A stretch of DNA of 64,000 nt from Candidatus Woesebacteria bacterium RBG_13_46_13 (GCA_001791995.1 MGFR01000005.1:26895-90894); one strand, 5' to 3'. Numbered from the stretch's first letter, positions 27,906 to 38,684 are shown. The notes: generated by a model from the sequence alone, not told the origin. A program made the numbers and translations.

Positions 27906-29093
27906 TTAAGCTACCCAATAGCCTCGGGTAAAAAGGCCAATAAGTATAACCCCCAGAAGGATAAAGACAAAGACTAGGGGGACAAGAAGCTTTCTTCTCT
28001 GGACGAGAAGAGGCAGCAAAAGAAATCCCATCAGGGAATATCGGGGCATTGAGGAAAATGTTCCTGTCAGTGTTGGAATCAAAAGGGTACCCAAACTAAA
28101 AATCCAATAACTTAACCTCATCTTTTTCCAGAAAATAACCAGAAGAGCTAAAGGAATAAGGGCGAAAAGAAATTCTATCGAGGCATTAAAAAATTCGATG
28201 GAGAAAACAGGAAGGGAAGCAAATATCTTCAAGTACCTATAAATTACCTGGGGAAAAAGGATGAAGCGTTCCGCGCTCCTTTGGGCCCCGAACGGGGCCT
28301 GGGCGGAGAGAAAATAAAAGTAACTGCCGATTGTTGCCTTTAGATATATCATATACATCAAGGTCCCCATGGAAGCGATTACAATCCCTATTAAGGCGTT
28401 AAGCCTTTCTCTGATTTCAAGTTTTTTGCCCCTTGCCCAAAGATAAATCTCCATGGCCATCAGGGGAACGAGCATTAGACCCAATATCCTTGTGGCGGAA
28501 GCCAGGGCGGCGAATATTCCGGCCAAAAGAAAGTTATTCTTTCGGCTCAGATAGATGGAAAGAACAGCAAGAAGCAAAAACAAAGATTCCGTATAGACAG
28601 CACCGAAATAAAAAGAGGTAGGAAAAACCAAAAGCAAAATTAAAGACCAAAATGAGACTTTCTGGTCAAAATCCAAACGCAAGAGTTTGTAGAAGAAATA
28701 AAGAGCGAGAAGAAAAAACAAACCGGAAAGGATAGTGGCGGTATAGAAATACGACGGATCTACAAATAAAGCCGTGTCTAAGGCAGGGTTCTTGGGAAAA
28801 ACGTTTAATATTCTTACCAGAATCGGATATAGGGGAAAAAAGACCTGGGTATTCGCAGCCGCATATCCGTCCTGGGCAATTCTTAAATAGTGAACCCCAT
28901 CAAAGTTGCCGAAGCCCCAAATCCAAGAAGGCAGACCGGTCGGTACAAGCACTCTCTCCGCATAAGGGAATCTTCCTCCCCATTTGGGAATCAGGTAGAG
29001 TGCAAAAAAAGCAACTACAAAGAGCAAGACTCTCCAGCTTAGAAATAAAGCAACAATCTTCCCGGTTTCACTTGAGAATTTCTTTATAAACAT
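27906..29093 (-). CDS. polytopic membrane protein, GT-C-like (mannosyltransferase-like)
   Basis: 395 aa, about 10 TM. Loop-1 motif GNFDGVHYLRIAQDGY. Confidence 0.4.
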   Translation of the reverse strand: MFIKKFSSETGKIVALFLSWRVLLFVVAFFALYLIPKWGGRFPYAERVLVPTGLPSWIWGFGNFDGVHYLRIAQDGYAAANTQVFFPLYPILVRILNVFPKNPALDTALFVDPSYFYTATILSGLFFLLALYFFYKLLRLDFDQKVSFWSLILLLVFPTSFYFGAVYTESLFLLLAVLSIYLSRKNNFLLAGIFAALASATRILGLMLVPLMAMEIYLWARGKKLEIRERLNALIGIVIASMGTLMYMIYLKATIGSYFYFLSAQAPFGAQRSAERFILFPQVIYRYLKIFASLPVFSIEFFNASIEFLFALIPLALLVIFWKKMRLSYWIFSLGTLLIPTLTGTFSSMPRYSLMGFLLLPLLVQRRKLLVPLVFVFILLGVILIGLFTRGYWVA

Positions 29094-30114
29094 TGTGAGT
29101 CTCGCGGGCTACCTTATCCCAAGAATATTTTCTGACCAAGATCTTGCCTGTTTCTATTAGCTGGCTCCTAAGCGTAACGTCTTTTAAAACCATCGCTATT
29201 TTTTCGGCAATATCTTTGGGGTCCTTGGGGTCGGCAAAAAGCGCAGCCGGTTCGGCTATCTCCACCAGGGCTTGGGTCTTAGCTGCAACTACCGGAGACC
29301 CCGAGGCAAAGGCTTCAAGTACAGGCAAGCCAAAGCCTTCGTAGAAAGAGGGTTGGCAATAGACAGAGGCAAGATTGTAAATCCCCACCAAATCTTCATC
29401 CGGCACAAATCCAAGCCTTATTATGTCCTTATCATCCCCATATACCTTGAGAAGCTTGGCAAGGGGTTTATTTTCCGGATGACCTCTGTCGAAATCTTCG
29501 CTTATTGACTGTTTGCCTGCAATTACCAAAGGGGTTTTGGCCATCTTAGCGGCTTCACAGAGTCCCAAAACATTCTTGTTGTAGTTCACATCCCCCACAT
29601 ACAACACAAATTTGTCGGGCAGTCCGTACTTTATCTTTATGCCTTTTAAAAGCGTCCTGTTTCCTATTGGCTTAAAGATCTCGCGAGGAGCTAGGTAGAC
29701 TACATGAATTTTCTCATGGGGAATCCCCAAAAACCTTACGATGTCTTTTTTGGAGGTTTCCGAAATCGTAATTATCGCATCGGATTTGTTAATAAGTAAT
29801 TTCTGAATCCAGAACCTGAGTCTGCCTTTAATTCCTGCCGGGTATTTCTTCGGATAGATTAGATAGATAAGGTCGTGGATGGTAAGTACCGTCTTGGTTT
29901 TCTTGGAAAAAGGAATGCTGAAAAAATACGGGTGAAATTTCTGGTAGTGAGCAATATCGTAACGGGACAAGTCCGTCTTGGAGAAATCAACCACATCGAC
30001 ATCCAAATCCTTTAGTAAACGCAGATGCTTAACTAAATTTACGGTGTGAACTCCGATTCCCCTTAAGGCATCTCCGCTTTTTGCAGGACCGGAATTAATG
30101 GCTACTTTAATCAT
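29068..30114 (-). CDS. GT4-family glycosyltransferase
   Basis: SFYEGFGLPVLEAFASGSPVVAAK (EX7E). Confidence 0.8.
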   Translation of the reverse strand: MIKVAINSGPAKSGDALRGIGVHTVNLVKHLRLLKDLDVDVVDFSKTDLSRYDIAHYQKFHPYFFSIPFSKKTKTVLTIHDLIYLIYPKKYPAGIKGRLRFWIQKLLINKSDAIITISETSKKDIVRFLGIPHEKIHVVYLAPREIFKPIGNRTLLKGIKIKYGLPDKFVLYVGDVNYNKNVLGLCEAAKMAKTPLVIAGKQSISEDFDRGHPENKPLAKLLKVYGDDKDIIRLGFVPDEDLVGIYNLASVYCQPSFYEGFGLPVLEAFASGSPVVAAKTQALVEIAEPAALFADPKDPKDIAEKIAMVLKDVTLRSQLIETGKILVRKYSWDKVARETHNVYKEILK

Positions 30115-30976
30115 GTCTTAGATACCGCCAATATGCTCTGGGGAATCTCAAAGCGGAAAAGAAAGAAAAAACAATTCCCTGCCAGCCATCGAGAATCCCT
30201 TTGTGCCTTATCTGGGTCAAGAAAAACCACCAAACTGGTTTTACCAGAAAATAGTTTAATCCCTGGATAAAACTCTTTTGGACTTTCTGCTTTCTCAAAT
30301 CCTTGGCCAAGAGGTCGATATAGTAGCTGTTCCTGGCAAGGTATCTAGTAAAGGTCGGGTCGGCCATGTGTACCAAATCGTTTGCCAGCCAGCCTACCCG
30401 ACCGTCAACTTCCAGCTGCTCGTGTACGCTTTTCGCAGGGAACGTCGCTCTACCTTTTTTAACCAGCCGGATCACTCCGTCCGGATATACCCCGCCGTAG
30501 CGAAGGTATCTTCCCAAGAAATAATTAAGTCGGGGAATAAAAAATGCCACATAAGCTCCACCGGTGGTACCTACGGGCTCATCCCTCTCGGCAACAATTC
30601 TCTGATGGCGCAGAAAAAGTTTTCTTTTGGGGAGGGTTTTTTGGTACTGCTCCAACTCAACTGGCGTCAGAGAAAGAACTTTCTTAATTTCTTTGGCCAG
30701 ATACGGGGTAACCCTCTCGTCGGCATCAAGTTGGAGTATCCAATCGCCGGTTGCCAAATCCATGGCTTTTTGCTTGGTCTTGTGGAAAATCGGCTCGTGT
30801 TGGACAATCTTAACCTTGGCTTCGTAATCTCTGGCTATCTCGACGGTTTTATCCTCCGAGGACTCATCGACAACAATAATCTCGTTGGCTAGGTTTCTAA
30901 CTGAAGCCAAACAATCACCAATATTGGCTTCTTCGTTTCGGGTGGCAAGAACTACAGAGAGAGTCGGCATACCCAA
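30107..30976 (-). CDS. GT2-family glycosyltransferase (WaaE/KdtX-like subgroup)
   Basis: LSVVLATRNEEANIGDCLASVRNLANEIIVVDESSEDKTVEIA...LQLDADERV. Paralogous to 59311..60135 and 60988..61902. Confidence 0.75.
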   Translation of the reverse strand: MGMPTLSVVLATRNEEANIGDCLASVRNLANEIIVVDESSEDKTVEIARDYEAKVKIVQHEPIFHKTKQKAMDLATGDWILQLDADERVTPYLAKEIKKVLSLTPVELEQYQKTLPKRKLFLRHQRIVAERDEPVGTTGGAYVAFFIPRLNYFLGRYLRYGGVYPDGVIRLVKKGRATFPAKSVHEQLEVDGRVGWLANDLVHMADPTFTRYLARNSYYIDLLAKDLRKQKVQKSFIQGLNYFLVKPVWWFFLTQIRHKGILDGWQGIVFSFFSALRFPRAYWRYLRHD

Positions 30977-30985
30977 GTATAAGGT

Positions 30986-32260
30986 TTATCCGATAAGCTC
31001 GGCAACTTTTTCCCCCAATTCCACGGCGTAGTTGGTGCCCCTGTCCCAGGGGTAAACCTGCTGGATATTCGCCAGATATAACCCCTTAATCGGAGTTTTT
31101 AAGGCAGGAATTTTCTTCGAATAATTAAGCGTGACAATGGGCTGAGCGAAATTGGTTTTGAACACTTCCGCCTTTTTAATCCAGCTCTTCTTAAAATCCG
31201 GGTTTATCTTGGTCAGGTAGGGCACAAACTCTTCCGTGAGCTCTTTGGCCGACAGTTTAAAGAAGGGGTGGCCTGCCTCCAGGTAGTTACCTATATAGGC
31301 AATCTTGTCTCCTTTATAGTGGGCAGGGCTTATCAGATTCGTATGTTCCACAAACGCCAAAAAAGGAAAATCGTCTAAGCCTACATTTAGCCAGTAAACA
31401 TCCTTCAATACACTCTTTTTAAGGGTTAATACCAAAGTAACCGCCCCTATTCCCTTAAGTCTCCCGAGGCTTTTTACATAATCCGAAGGAAGAGTCGGTG
31501 TAACATTGGCAAATAGTACCGATGGAAGGGTACAAACAACTTTATCGAAAACATATTCTTTTCCTTCATTCGTCCTTAGGTGTATATTACCGTATTTTCT
31601 GCTAATTCGATTGATTGAAGTATTAAAGTGAAATTCCCCTCCGAACCTCTTGATGTGTTTTACCGCCTTATCGGCAAGTCCCGTAAATCCACCAATAGGA
31701 TAACCTAACTTTTTGCTTCTTTTTTTGATCCTGGCCCAAAACCACGAAGCCGGAACTCCCTTATGAAATCTTCCGAATTTCTTTTCGAACAGGCTTTGCC
31801 ACAATACTTTCCATGCCCTGTCACCCATCCAGTCTCTCAGATAACGCTCCGCTTTTACCCGCTCCAGAGGCTTCCAGACGGGGGTTAGCCTCAAATAACC
31901 GATACATATTCCGACTCTGATTTTATCCAGCAGGCTAAGCCCAGGAAAACGCAGGAGAGAGATGGGCGTATCCAAAGGATAAATACCTTCGGAAGTAATA
32001 GATGAGGTTGTTGCAACTATAAACGTGATTTTGTGCTTCAGCTCGGAGGCAAAATTGATAATCGCCCGATCGGATTCGAAGATGTGGTGGTAGTGTTTTT
32101 CCAAGGGCCACTTCCAGCCCTTTTGCCTAAATCCAGCTGCGAGGCCCCCAGGGACAGGTGAAGACTCAAAAACCTCTACTTGATACCCTCTCTTCAGAAG
32201 CTGATTGGCTGCGGCCAGGCCAGTAAAGCCTGCTCCGATTATCCCGATTCTCATGGGCAA
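30986..32260 (-). CDS. FAD/NAD(P)-binding oxidoreductase (amine-oxidase/PPOX/phytoene-desaturase-like fold)
   Basis: N-terminal dinucleotide-binding motif MRIGIIGAGFTGLAAANQLLKRGYQVEVFE...PGGLAAGF. Confidence 0.65.
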   Translation of the reverse strand: MPMRIGIIGAGFTGLAAANQLLKRGYQVEVFESSPVPGGLAAGFRQKGWKWPLEKHYHHIFESDRAIINFASELKHKITFIVATTSSITSEGIYPLDTPISLLRFPGLSLLDKIRVGICIGYLRLTPVWKPLERVKAERYLRDWMGDRAWKVLWQSLFEKKFGRFHKGVPASWFWARIKKRSKKLGYPIGGFTGLADKAVKHIKRFGGEFHFNTSINRISRKYGNIHLRTNEGKEYVFDKVVCTLPSVLFANVTPTLPSDYVKSLGRLKGIGAVTLVLTLKKSVLKDVYWLNVGLDDFPFLAFVEHTNLISPAHYKGDKIAYIGNYLEAGHPFFKLSAKELTEEFVPYLTKINPDFKKSWIKKAEVFKTNFAQPIVTLNYSKKIPALKTPIKGLYLANIQQVYPWDRGTNYAVELGEKVAELIG

Positions 32261-32265
32261 TTGTA

Positions 32266-33876
32266 CTATTTCGCGGTGACTATATAAAATGCATCGCTTC
32301 CGTTGGGGTATAAAACTTTCTTTTTAACCTCAAAATCTTTCTTGTAGAAAAGACCTGTATACTCAGATCCCGTCAAAACATAATAGATTCCGTAAGCAGG
32401 ATACGAATAGGCAAATTCCATATCTCCCAAAAAGTGGTATTTGCCGAAGGACGAAACCGTACTATAGCTTTTACTTTTCGTTTCGTTATACCTTACCGTC
32501 TGCAAATACTGCGGCAGAGGCGTTTTAAGATGGTAAAGCAGAAAAATATACGGCTGTTGGCGAATATCGGTCATGTAGACTGCTCCAACGTTTTTCTGGC
32601 TTTTCAGATAGTAGGCAATATCCTTCATTCCGTATTGCCATTCAATCGCGCTTCTGGCTGCGTAAGATTGGTAATAGTCCTTTAGATACAAAGCCATAAA
32701 GTATCCCAGCCCGCCAAGACCCAACAGAACAATCAGAGTCCGGACGACTCTGTTCCGGAAAACGGTAATCAGAAAGTAAAAACCCAAAGCGGCAATCATG
32801 TGCCAACTTCCGGTCATAAACATGGCCCGGGCCGCATGGGGAGCTTCATTAACCGCTGCGGCAGGGATAGGCCCCAAAAGAGCCCAAGCTGGCAGAACCA
32901 GTAAGTTCCATTTCTTTTTGATAAGTATTTGCCAAAAGAGGAAAGTGGTTCCCACAATCAAAAATACTAAATCAATTTTGTAAAACTCACCAACCGCTTG
33001 TGTTGAATGTCTGGGATTTGAATCCCCCGACACAAATAGATATTTATAGGAAAAATGAGCGAGGTATTGCCTGGTGGCTATCTCCATGGTCCCTAAAAAT
33101 TTGCTGTTGGTTCTTGTGAACATCTGAGTTTTCGTAATTTCTTCTTCGGAGAAAGACGTCTGTTTTATCCTGGCAAAACCCAGCAGGTTTTTATTGGAAA
33201 TCACCAGAATGGCAAAAAGGGCAAGAACGCAAAGTCCAATAGCAAGTTGTTTCTTCACCAAGGATAACTCTTTAAGGCTTGTAAGTATTAACAAAACAAT
33301 TAGGGGTGGTACGACGATTTTTGCACTGTGGTAGGAAATAAAGCTTAGACCGAAAGAAAAGAAAGACAGGGACAATAAGTAATTCTTTTTTTTGACTCCC
33401 CGCAAAAATAGAAACATCCCCAGCATCAGAAAAAATACCGCGAAGTTCAGTTCATGGTTAAACCGGGAAAACTGGAGGTTATATGGAGAGACGGCCAAAA
33501 ATAGTGCTGCGATAAGTCCCAATAATTTGCTTTTGAAAAGCTCCCGAGCTAGAAAAAAGACAACAATCACATTGGCTACGCCGAATAGAGCTGCCGGAAA
33601 CCTGGTCGAAAACTCCGAAAGTCCAAAAAGTTTTACGGAGATTGCCGTCGCATAGATGTGGACAGGGTGTTTATAGTCCTCGAAGGATTTAAACACTACC
33701 GGGAAAGTCTTACCCCATTCATCTTTCCCCCAATTGGCAATCGTATAAGCGTTATAGCCTACTGCGGTTTCGTCCCAAGAAAGAGACGGCGGCACCTGGG
33801 AAAGTTTATAAAACCTCAGAAATGCCGCCAGTAATATTACCGCACCGAGGAAAAAGTAAATTAAGTATTTCTTCAC
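32266..33876 (-). CDS. PMT/ArnT-like GT-C glycosyltransferase (GT39/GT83-like, polyprenyl-phosphate-sugar dependent)
   Basis: LRFYKLSQVPPSLSWDETAVGYNAYTIANWGKDEWG first-loop DE motif; 11-13 TM; C-terminal soluble domain. Confidence 0.7.
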   Translation of the reverse strand: MKKYLIYFFLGAVILLAAFLRFYKLSQVPPSLSWDETAVGYNAYTIANWGKDEWGKTFPVVFKSFEDYKHPVHIYATAISVKLFGLSEFSTRFPAALFGVANVIVVFFLARELFKSKLLGLIAALFLAVSPYNLQFSRFNHELNFAVFFLMLGMFLFLRGVKKKNYLLSLSFFSFGLSFISYHSAKIVVPPLIVLLILTSLKELSLVKKQLAIGLCVLALFAILVISNKNLLGFARIKQTSFSEEEITKTQMFTRTNSKFLGTMEIATRQYLAHFSYKYLFVSGDSNPRHSTQAVGEFYKIDLVFLIVGTTFLFWQILIKKKWNLLVLPAWALLGPIPAAAVNEAPHAARAMFMTGSWHMIAALGFYFLITVFRNRVVRTLIVLLGLGGLGYFMALYLKDYYQSYAARSAIEWQYGMKDIAYYLKSQKNVGAVYMTDIRQQPYIFLLYHLKTPLPQYLQTVRYNETKSKSYSTVSSFGKYHFLGDMEFAYSYPAYGIYYVLTGSEYTGLFYKKDFEVKKKVLYPNGSDAFYIVTAK

Positions 33877-35387
33877 TGTTTATAAACCTTAAGAGCTTCC
33901 GTACCGTTAAGAAACTTTATGCCTGAAGAGGCAGTTCCCTTAATGGCATCCTCATCCGAGGCAAAGACCAGAGTTTTCCCCACATAATCCTGGCTGGTAA
34001 TCTTTTTAAAAACGTATTTGTCGAACTTTTCTACCGAGGAAAAGCCCCATCTGTCCGGCGTAGTTCGCACCGCTTCCTTTTGAAATCGTAACGGGTCGTA
34101 CTTCAAATAAAAGAGGGCGAAAATATAGGGTTGGGCATACTTTTCGGAAACGATTACCTTGTCATAATTTGAAAATTCTTCTTGGTGCTGGGTAAATACT
34201 ATTTTGTAGCCGTATTGCCAATCTGAAGAGGATTGGATGGGATAAAGGTTGAAAAAACCCTGGATATACGTCTCAAAAAACGCAAGGTAGGCAATCACCA
34301 CAGTCCCGACAGCTATATTCTTGTATTTCGGAAGCATAGATGAAATAAAGGCAACCCCGGCTCCGGAAATCATCGCCAGAAAAGGCAGCATGGTAATTGC
34401 CCTTAAGGCATGGGGAGATTCCCGAGTGATTGCGGCAGGGATCGGTGCCAATAAAAGAAGCGCTAGGGGCAAAAAGAACAGTTTTTTCCGGCTCTTGAGT
34501 ATAAATATAGTGCCGGCAAGTAGAAACGGCAGTTCTATAAAGTATAGTTGGCCCACTCCCGGCATTTGGCTTCTAAGATTTGCATCGCCCCGGCTAAATA
34601 GAAATCTGAAAGAATAATGTGACAAGTAATTGGAGATAAACTCCGAGGGGGATCTTACCGAAACGGTATTAAAACGGGCAGCCCCCACATCTTTTGTGTA
34701 AAGCCTGGCTATTGGAAAAGCAGAGACTCCGAGGATAAACAAAGAAACAAGGATAACTTTGATATATTTTCCAACATTTAGCCTAATTTCCCTGAAAAAA
34801 TAAATTATTAACAAGAGAGCCGTTAGCGGAATTACAATCCTGAATGCGTTGTAGCTGTAGATCGAGGCAATCCAGACAAGTGTACCGGCCAGAAAGAAAA
34901 CAGTCTTCTTGCCTTCCAACAAGAAAAGATAAAGCCCGAGAAGGAAGAACGCCAGCCCGGCTGTTGCCTCATAGCCGGTCCTGGAAAAGATAAAAAGCCA
35001 GGGAGACAAGGCCATAGAAAGAGCTGAGATAATTGCCGCCAAATCGTTTTTAAAAATCCTGCGGGCCAAAAGAAAAGTAAGGAAAACTGCCCCCAAAGAA
35101 AACATTACGGCAGGCAGCCTGACTGCAATTTCGGAAAGACCGAAAAAAACTTCCATTAGGGCTACCGAGTAAATATAAACCGGAAGCTTAAACTCTCCGA
35201 AGGCCCTAAAATGTAGAGGCAGAAATTCTCCCCACTCGTCCTTACCTGTCTTTAAAACCGAATAGGCGTTATAACCGATCGAGGCCTCGTCCCAATAAAC
35301 CGACGGTGGAACTGAAGAAATCTTAACCAGGCGGGACAATAAGAAAATTGCCGCAATAGCCGCCAAAGCCAGGTAAATCTTCTTCAT
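33873..35387 (-). CDS. PMT/ArnT-like GT-C glycosyltransferase (paralog)
   Basis: SSVPPSVYWDEASIGYNAYSVLKTGKDEWGEFLPLHF. Confidence 0.7.
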   Translation of the reverse strand: MKKIYLALAAIAAIFLLSRLVKISSVPPSVYWDEASIGYNAYSVLKTGKDEWGEFLPLHFRAFGEFKLPVYIYSVALMEVFFGLSEIAVRLPAVMFSLGAVFLTFLLARRIFKNDLAAIISALSMALSPWLFIFSRTGYEATAGLAFFLLGLYLFLLEGKKTVFFLAGTLVWIASIYSYNAFRIVIPLTALLLIIYFFREIRLNVGKYIKVILVSLFILGVSAFPIARLYTKDVGAARFNTVSVRSPSEFISNYLSHYSFRFLFSRGDANLRSQMPGVGQLYFIELPFLLAGTIFILKSRKKLFFLPLALLLLAPIPAAITRESPHALRAITMLPFLAMISGAGVAFISSMLPKYKNIAVGTVVIAYLAFFETYIQGFFNLYPIQSSSDWQYGYKIVFTQHQEEFSNYDKVIVSEKYAQPYIFALFYLKYDPLRFQKEAVRTTPDRWGFSSVEKFDKYVFKKITSQDYVGKTLVFASDEDAIKGTASSGIKFLNGTEALKVYKQ

Positions 35388-37036
35388 TTGGCCTCTACTA
35401 TCTCGAAGGCGTGAGTTCCGTCCAGAAAATCGATTGTCTTAAGTATGGCCATGTTTTCCGGAAAATCCCCGTGTTTGCCGATGAAAAGAATTTTCTTTCC
35501 GGGATAATCTTTCTTGATATCCTCAAACCTTGTTCCTGCATCCCCCAAATCCGGAAAGTAAAACTTATCAAAGGCCAGGACCCTTATCCAGTCGAAGGTT
35601 TCAAACCTCACCAGATTGGGATCGCTCATAAATTTGGCGGGATCATAGCCAAGGTAAAAAAGCGTGAACATATGCGGCTCTCCGTAGTGGCGGCTAAAAA
35701 CAATTAAATCGTAGTCTGAATAATGGTCCTTGATATAGGCAACTACCTGCTTATTGCCGTACTGCCAATCGCGGGAATAGGCAACAGGATAAATCTTGTA
35801 GTACCTGCCGAGATATGAGGCAAAACTGATAATTAGGATTAATCCCGTCGTCCCCCAAAGGAAATATGATGCGAGCTTACCTTTGGGTTTGACCAAAACA
35901 TAGACCCAATAGACCCCAAGGGCGGTAATAATCTGATATGCAGGGGCGGCAATTAAAGTTCTTAGGGCGTTGGGGATACTGTCGTTCGTGGTGGCAACCG
36001 GGACAAAAGTTATCAAAAGCCAAGATATGATAAGCCAGCGAAACTTGGATTTCTTCTTAAACAGATAGTAAAGTCCCAACAAAACAAACGGCGCCTGTAT
36101 CGCATAAAGTTCTCCCACCCCCTGAACATGGTGCTGTTTATGCGGGGCACCGCCAACAAAGAGAAAATCGGGAGAAAAATGTGCCAGATAATTCTGAGCA
36201 AAGTAAAAGCCCACATAGGTAACCCTGTTATGGATAAGATTGGTAAGAAGCGGCGGCAGCTTTGATAAATTCCTTCTCTCTTCAATCCTGGGGATGAGTC
36301 CAGCATCATCGGTGATGCTTACCAGCTTGTAGCGCGCCTTGGCCTCGCCGGAGACGACAAAGGGGATGAGAGGAAGCATCAAGACAGTAAATACAACTCC
36401 GGAAAGAATTGCCTCTTTTTTGTGCTTCCAGATTTCCTTTCTGAAGATTAATGCTGTTGCCAACAGAAAAAGCGGGGTAAAAACCCTGGCGCTATTGTAG
36501 GTATAAACCGAGACAGCAAAAGTAATCGTGGCCAAAACCCACCAGAGAGGTTTTTTAAATCCCTTAACCAAAAACCAAAGACCCATAACCACCCAAAAGA
36601 CGGAGAAAGACGATTCAAGCGATGCCCTGGTAAGTTGAATATGCCAGGGGGAGATAGCCAAAAGAAAGCTGGAGGTTAGGGCTATAAATTCGTTTGCGAA
36701 AAGCGCCCTGGTAAGGAAATATAAAAGCAGAACCGTCAGGGTTCCGTAGACAACCGGAGTTATCCTTACCCCCAGCTCATTTAGTCCGAATACGGCAATT
36801 CCCGGAACTGACGCATAAATTTGAGCAGGTAGTTTATATTCCCCGTAAGACTTGAAATGAAGCGGCAAGAACTTACCCCATTCGTCTCTTCCTGTTTTGA
36901 GAATCGAGTATGCATTGTAGCCGATAGAGACTTCGTCCCAATTTAAGGAAGGTGGAATTTGGGTAACCTTATAGATACGCAGTAAAAAGGCGAGGATAAT
37001 TATTATGCCTAACAAGAACCATTTCAGCTTCTTCAT
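35384..37036 (-). CDS. PMT/ArnT-like GT-C glycosyltransferase (paralog)
   Basis: TQIPPSLNWDEVSIGYNAYSILKTGRDEWGKFLPLHF. Confidence 0.7.
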   Translation of the reverse strand: MKKLKWFLLGIIIILAFLLRIYKVTQIPPSLNWDEVSIGYNAYSILKTGRDEWGKFLPLHFKSYGEYKLPAQIYASVPGIAVFGLNELGVRITPVVYGTLTVLLLYFLTRALFANEFIALTSSFLLAISPWHIQLTRASLESSFSVFWVVMGLWFLVKGFKKPLWWVLATITFAVSVYTYNSARVFTPLFLLATALIFRKEIWKHKKEAILSGVVFTVLMLPLIPFVVSGEAKARYKLVSITDDAGLIPRIEERRNLSKLPPLLTNLIHNRVTYVGFYFAQNYLAHFSPDFLFVGGAPHKQHHVQGVGELYAIQAPFVLLGLYYLFKKKSKFRWLIISWLLITFVPVATTNDSIPNALRTLIAAPAYQIITALGVYWVYVLVKPKGKLASYFLWGTTGLILIISFASYLGRYYKIYPVAYSRDWQYGNKQVVAYIKDHYSDYDLIVFSRHYGEPHMFTLFYLGYDPAKFMSDPNLVRFETFDWIRVLAFDKFYFPDLGDAGTRFEDIKKDYPGKKILFIGKHGDFPENMAILKTIDFLDGTHAFEIVEAK

Positions 37037-37082
37037 GGGATAATCTTTATCTTAACAAGTAGACCGAATCTAGTCCAATAAT

Positions 37083-38684
37083 CTATTTCCGTGTTTTACA
37101 ATCTGTTGGGGGGTTTGTAGAGTACCCAAAAAGGGCTGGATTATAATCAACATCCTGAACTTCAAATTCCAAACTCAAATTGTGAATTGTCACTTGTTCC
37201 GGAGAAATAGCCAGGCTATCCCCAACCAAGATGGAATTTGGACTACATCCATCTTTCCCCCATATAATCGGCCTTACTTCCACATTACCGATGCGATATT
37301 CTTCGTTCGCATTGACCACTCCACTATAGTAGGAGGTTTGCAGTTGAGACCTCATTTGTTTTTGAATTATGGCGGGGTCTATCTTCCAAAAATAAGCTAT
37401 TCTTAACCCTTCGGCCGTGTCCCTCCCTGTATCGATTACTATCTGTCTGTCGCGATATTTGTCTAAATAATCCAAAAGCTTTATATACTGATAGGTATAA
37501 TACTTTGCGCTTTCGAACTTAAAAAGAACAAAATATGAAGTAAAAAAAGTAAATAGTGAATAGGAGGTAAGGAAAACTAAGATTATAAGAACGGTTTTGT
37601 TGGCTCTGGCAACCAAATAGTAAATGCCGAGGGAGATGACAATGGTGACAATCCATAGAAACTCAAGAGTTCTTAAGGGATAGAAAAGGTCTCCCGTAAG
37701 AGAAGCTGGAATAAGTGAAATTGCTCCTAAAAAAACAAGCTGCACAGACAAACTTTTATCTCTCAATGTACTTAAAAACTTTAGGCCGAGCAAGAAAGGT
37801 ATAAACAGCCAGCTAAAGAAAGGTCCCATTTCTGGTATTAGTCTTCCCAAGCTTTCTCCCGCATCGCTAAATAAATATTTTGGAGAAAGATAAATTAAAA
37901 ATTGATTAAGAAAAGTTTTGATAACATTTCCTCCCTCCTTAATATATCCAACTTGATCTAGTCTCCTTGAAAAAGCTCCACTAAATAAAATTATGAGGTG
38001 CGGAATCTGGATAATGAAAAACAGAACAATACCCAAGAGAACCAGCCTTTTGCTTCTCCATAATATCTTTCTATACCATAGGATGAAAAACAGAAAGAAA
38101 AGCAATCCTATTATTCTTTCGCTGTAATAGGCATGAGTGGAAAACCCCATAACTATAGCTGCAAAAGGAAAAAAACGTATATTGTTCAATGATTTGAGCA
38201 ACAAGAAATATCCAAGAAGAAAAACCGTCAGGGCCAAATTTGCCTCAACGGGCCTGTGACTAAAATATATTGCCCAAGGGGAGATTGCCAACATTAAAGA
38301 AGCCAGCAAGCCAATTCTGTTATCCTTTTTTAAACGGAAAAGGTTCGAGATTATTAAATAAGTTAAGACCACACCCAAAACCCCCGAGAATGCCGAAACA
38401 AAACGGGCGGAAAAAATAGTATTCCCGAACAACATAATCGGAATTACTGTTAAATATGTATATAGAGGAGGTTGGTAAGAACCGAAAGCGCGAAACAAAA
38501 TCGGGAAATTCTCACCGTATAAGTCTTTCCCTGTATGAAGGATAGAAAAAGCATTATAAGCCTGAGAAAAGGCATCTGGAAGCATACCCAGAGGTACTTC
38601 ACTCAGTTTGTAAAACCTAAAGGCAATAGAAATGATAAGAATCAGAAAAAGCAGAATATAGGTTTTTTTATTATTCTTTATCAT
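37083..38684 (-). CDS. PMT/ArnT-like GT-C glycosyltransferase (divergent paralog)
   Basis: FYKLSEVPLGMLPDAFSQAYNAFSILHTGKDLYGENFPILF; same topology. Confidence 0.55.
   Translation of the reverse strand: MIKNNKKTYILLFLILIISIAFRFYKLSEVPLGMLPDAFSQAYNAFSILHTGKDLYGENFPILFRAFGSYQPPLYTYLTVIPIMLFGNTIFSARFVSAFSGVLGVVLTYLIISNLFRLKKDNRIGLLASLMLAISPWAIYFSHRPVEANLALTVFLLGYFLLLKSLNNIRFFPFAAIVMGFSTHAYYSERIIGLLFFLFFILWYRKILWRSKRLVLLGIVLFFIIQIPHLIILFSGAFSRRLDQVGYIKEGGNVIKTFLNQFLIYLSPKYLFSDAGESLGRLIPEMGPFFSWLFIPFLLGLKFLSTLRDKSLSVQLVFLGAISLIPASLTGDLFYPLRTLEFLWIVTIVISLGIYYLVARANKTVLIILVFLTSYSLFTFFTSYFVLFKFESAKYYTYQYIKLLDYLDKYRDRQIVIDTGRDTAEGLRIAYFWKIDPAIIQKQMRSQLQTSYYSGVVNANEEYRIGNVEVRPIIWGKDGCSPNSILVGDSLAISPEQVTIHNLSLEFEVQDVDYNPALFGYSTNPPTDCKTRK

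Noticed and set aside
30986-32260. UDP-galactopyranose mutase (Glf) assignment for the flavoprotein
   Set aside because: The N-terminal motif and length fit amine-oxidase/PPOX-type flavoproteins better. Glf has a characteristic GxGxxG...GGN arrangement and different downstream motifs that are not seen here.
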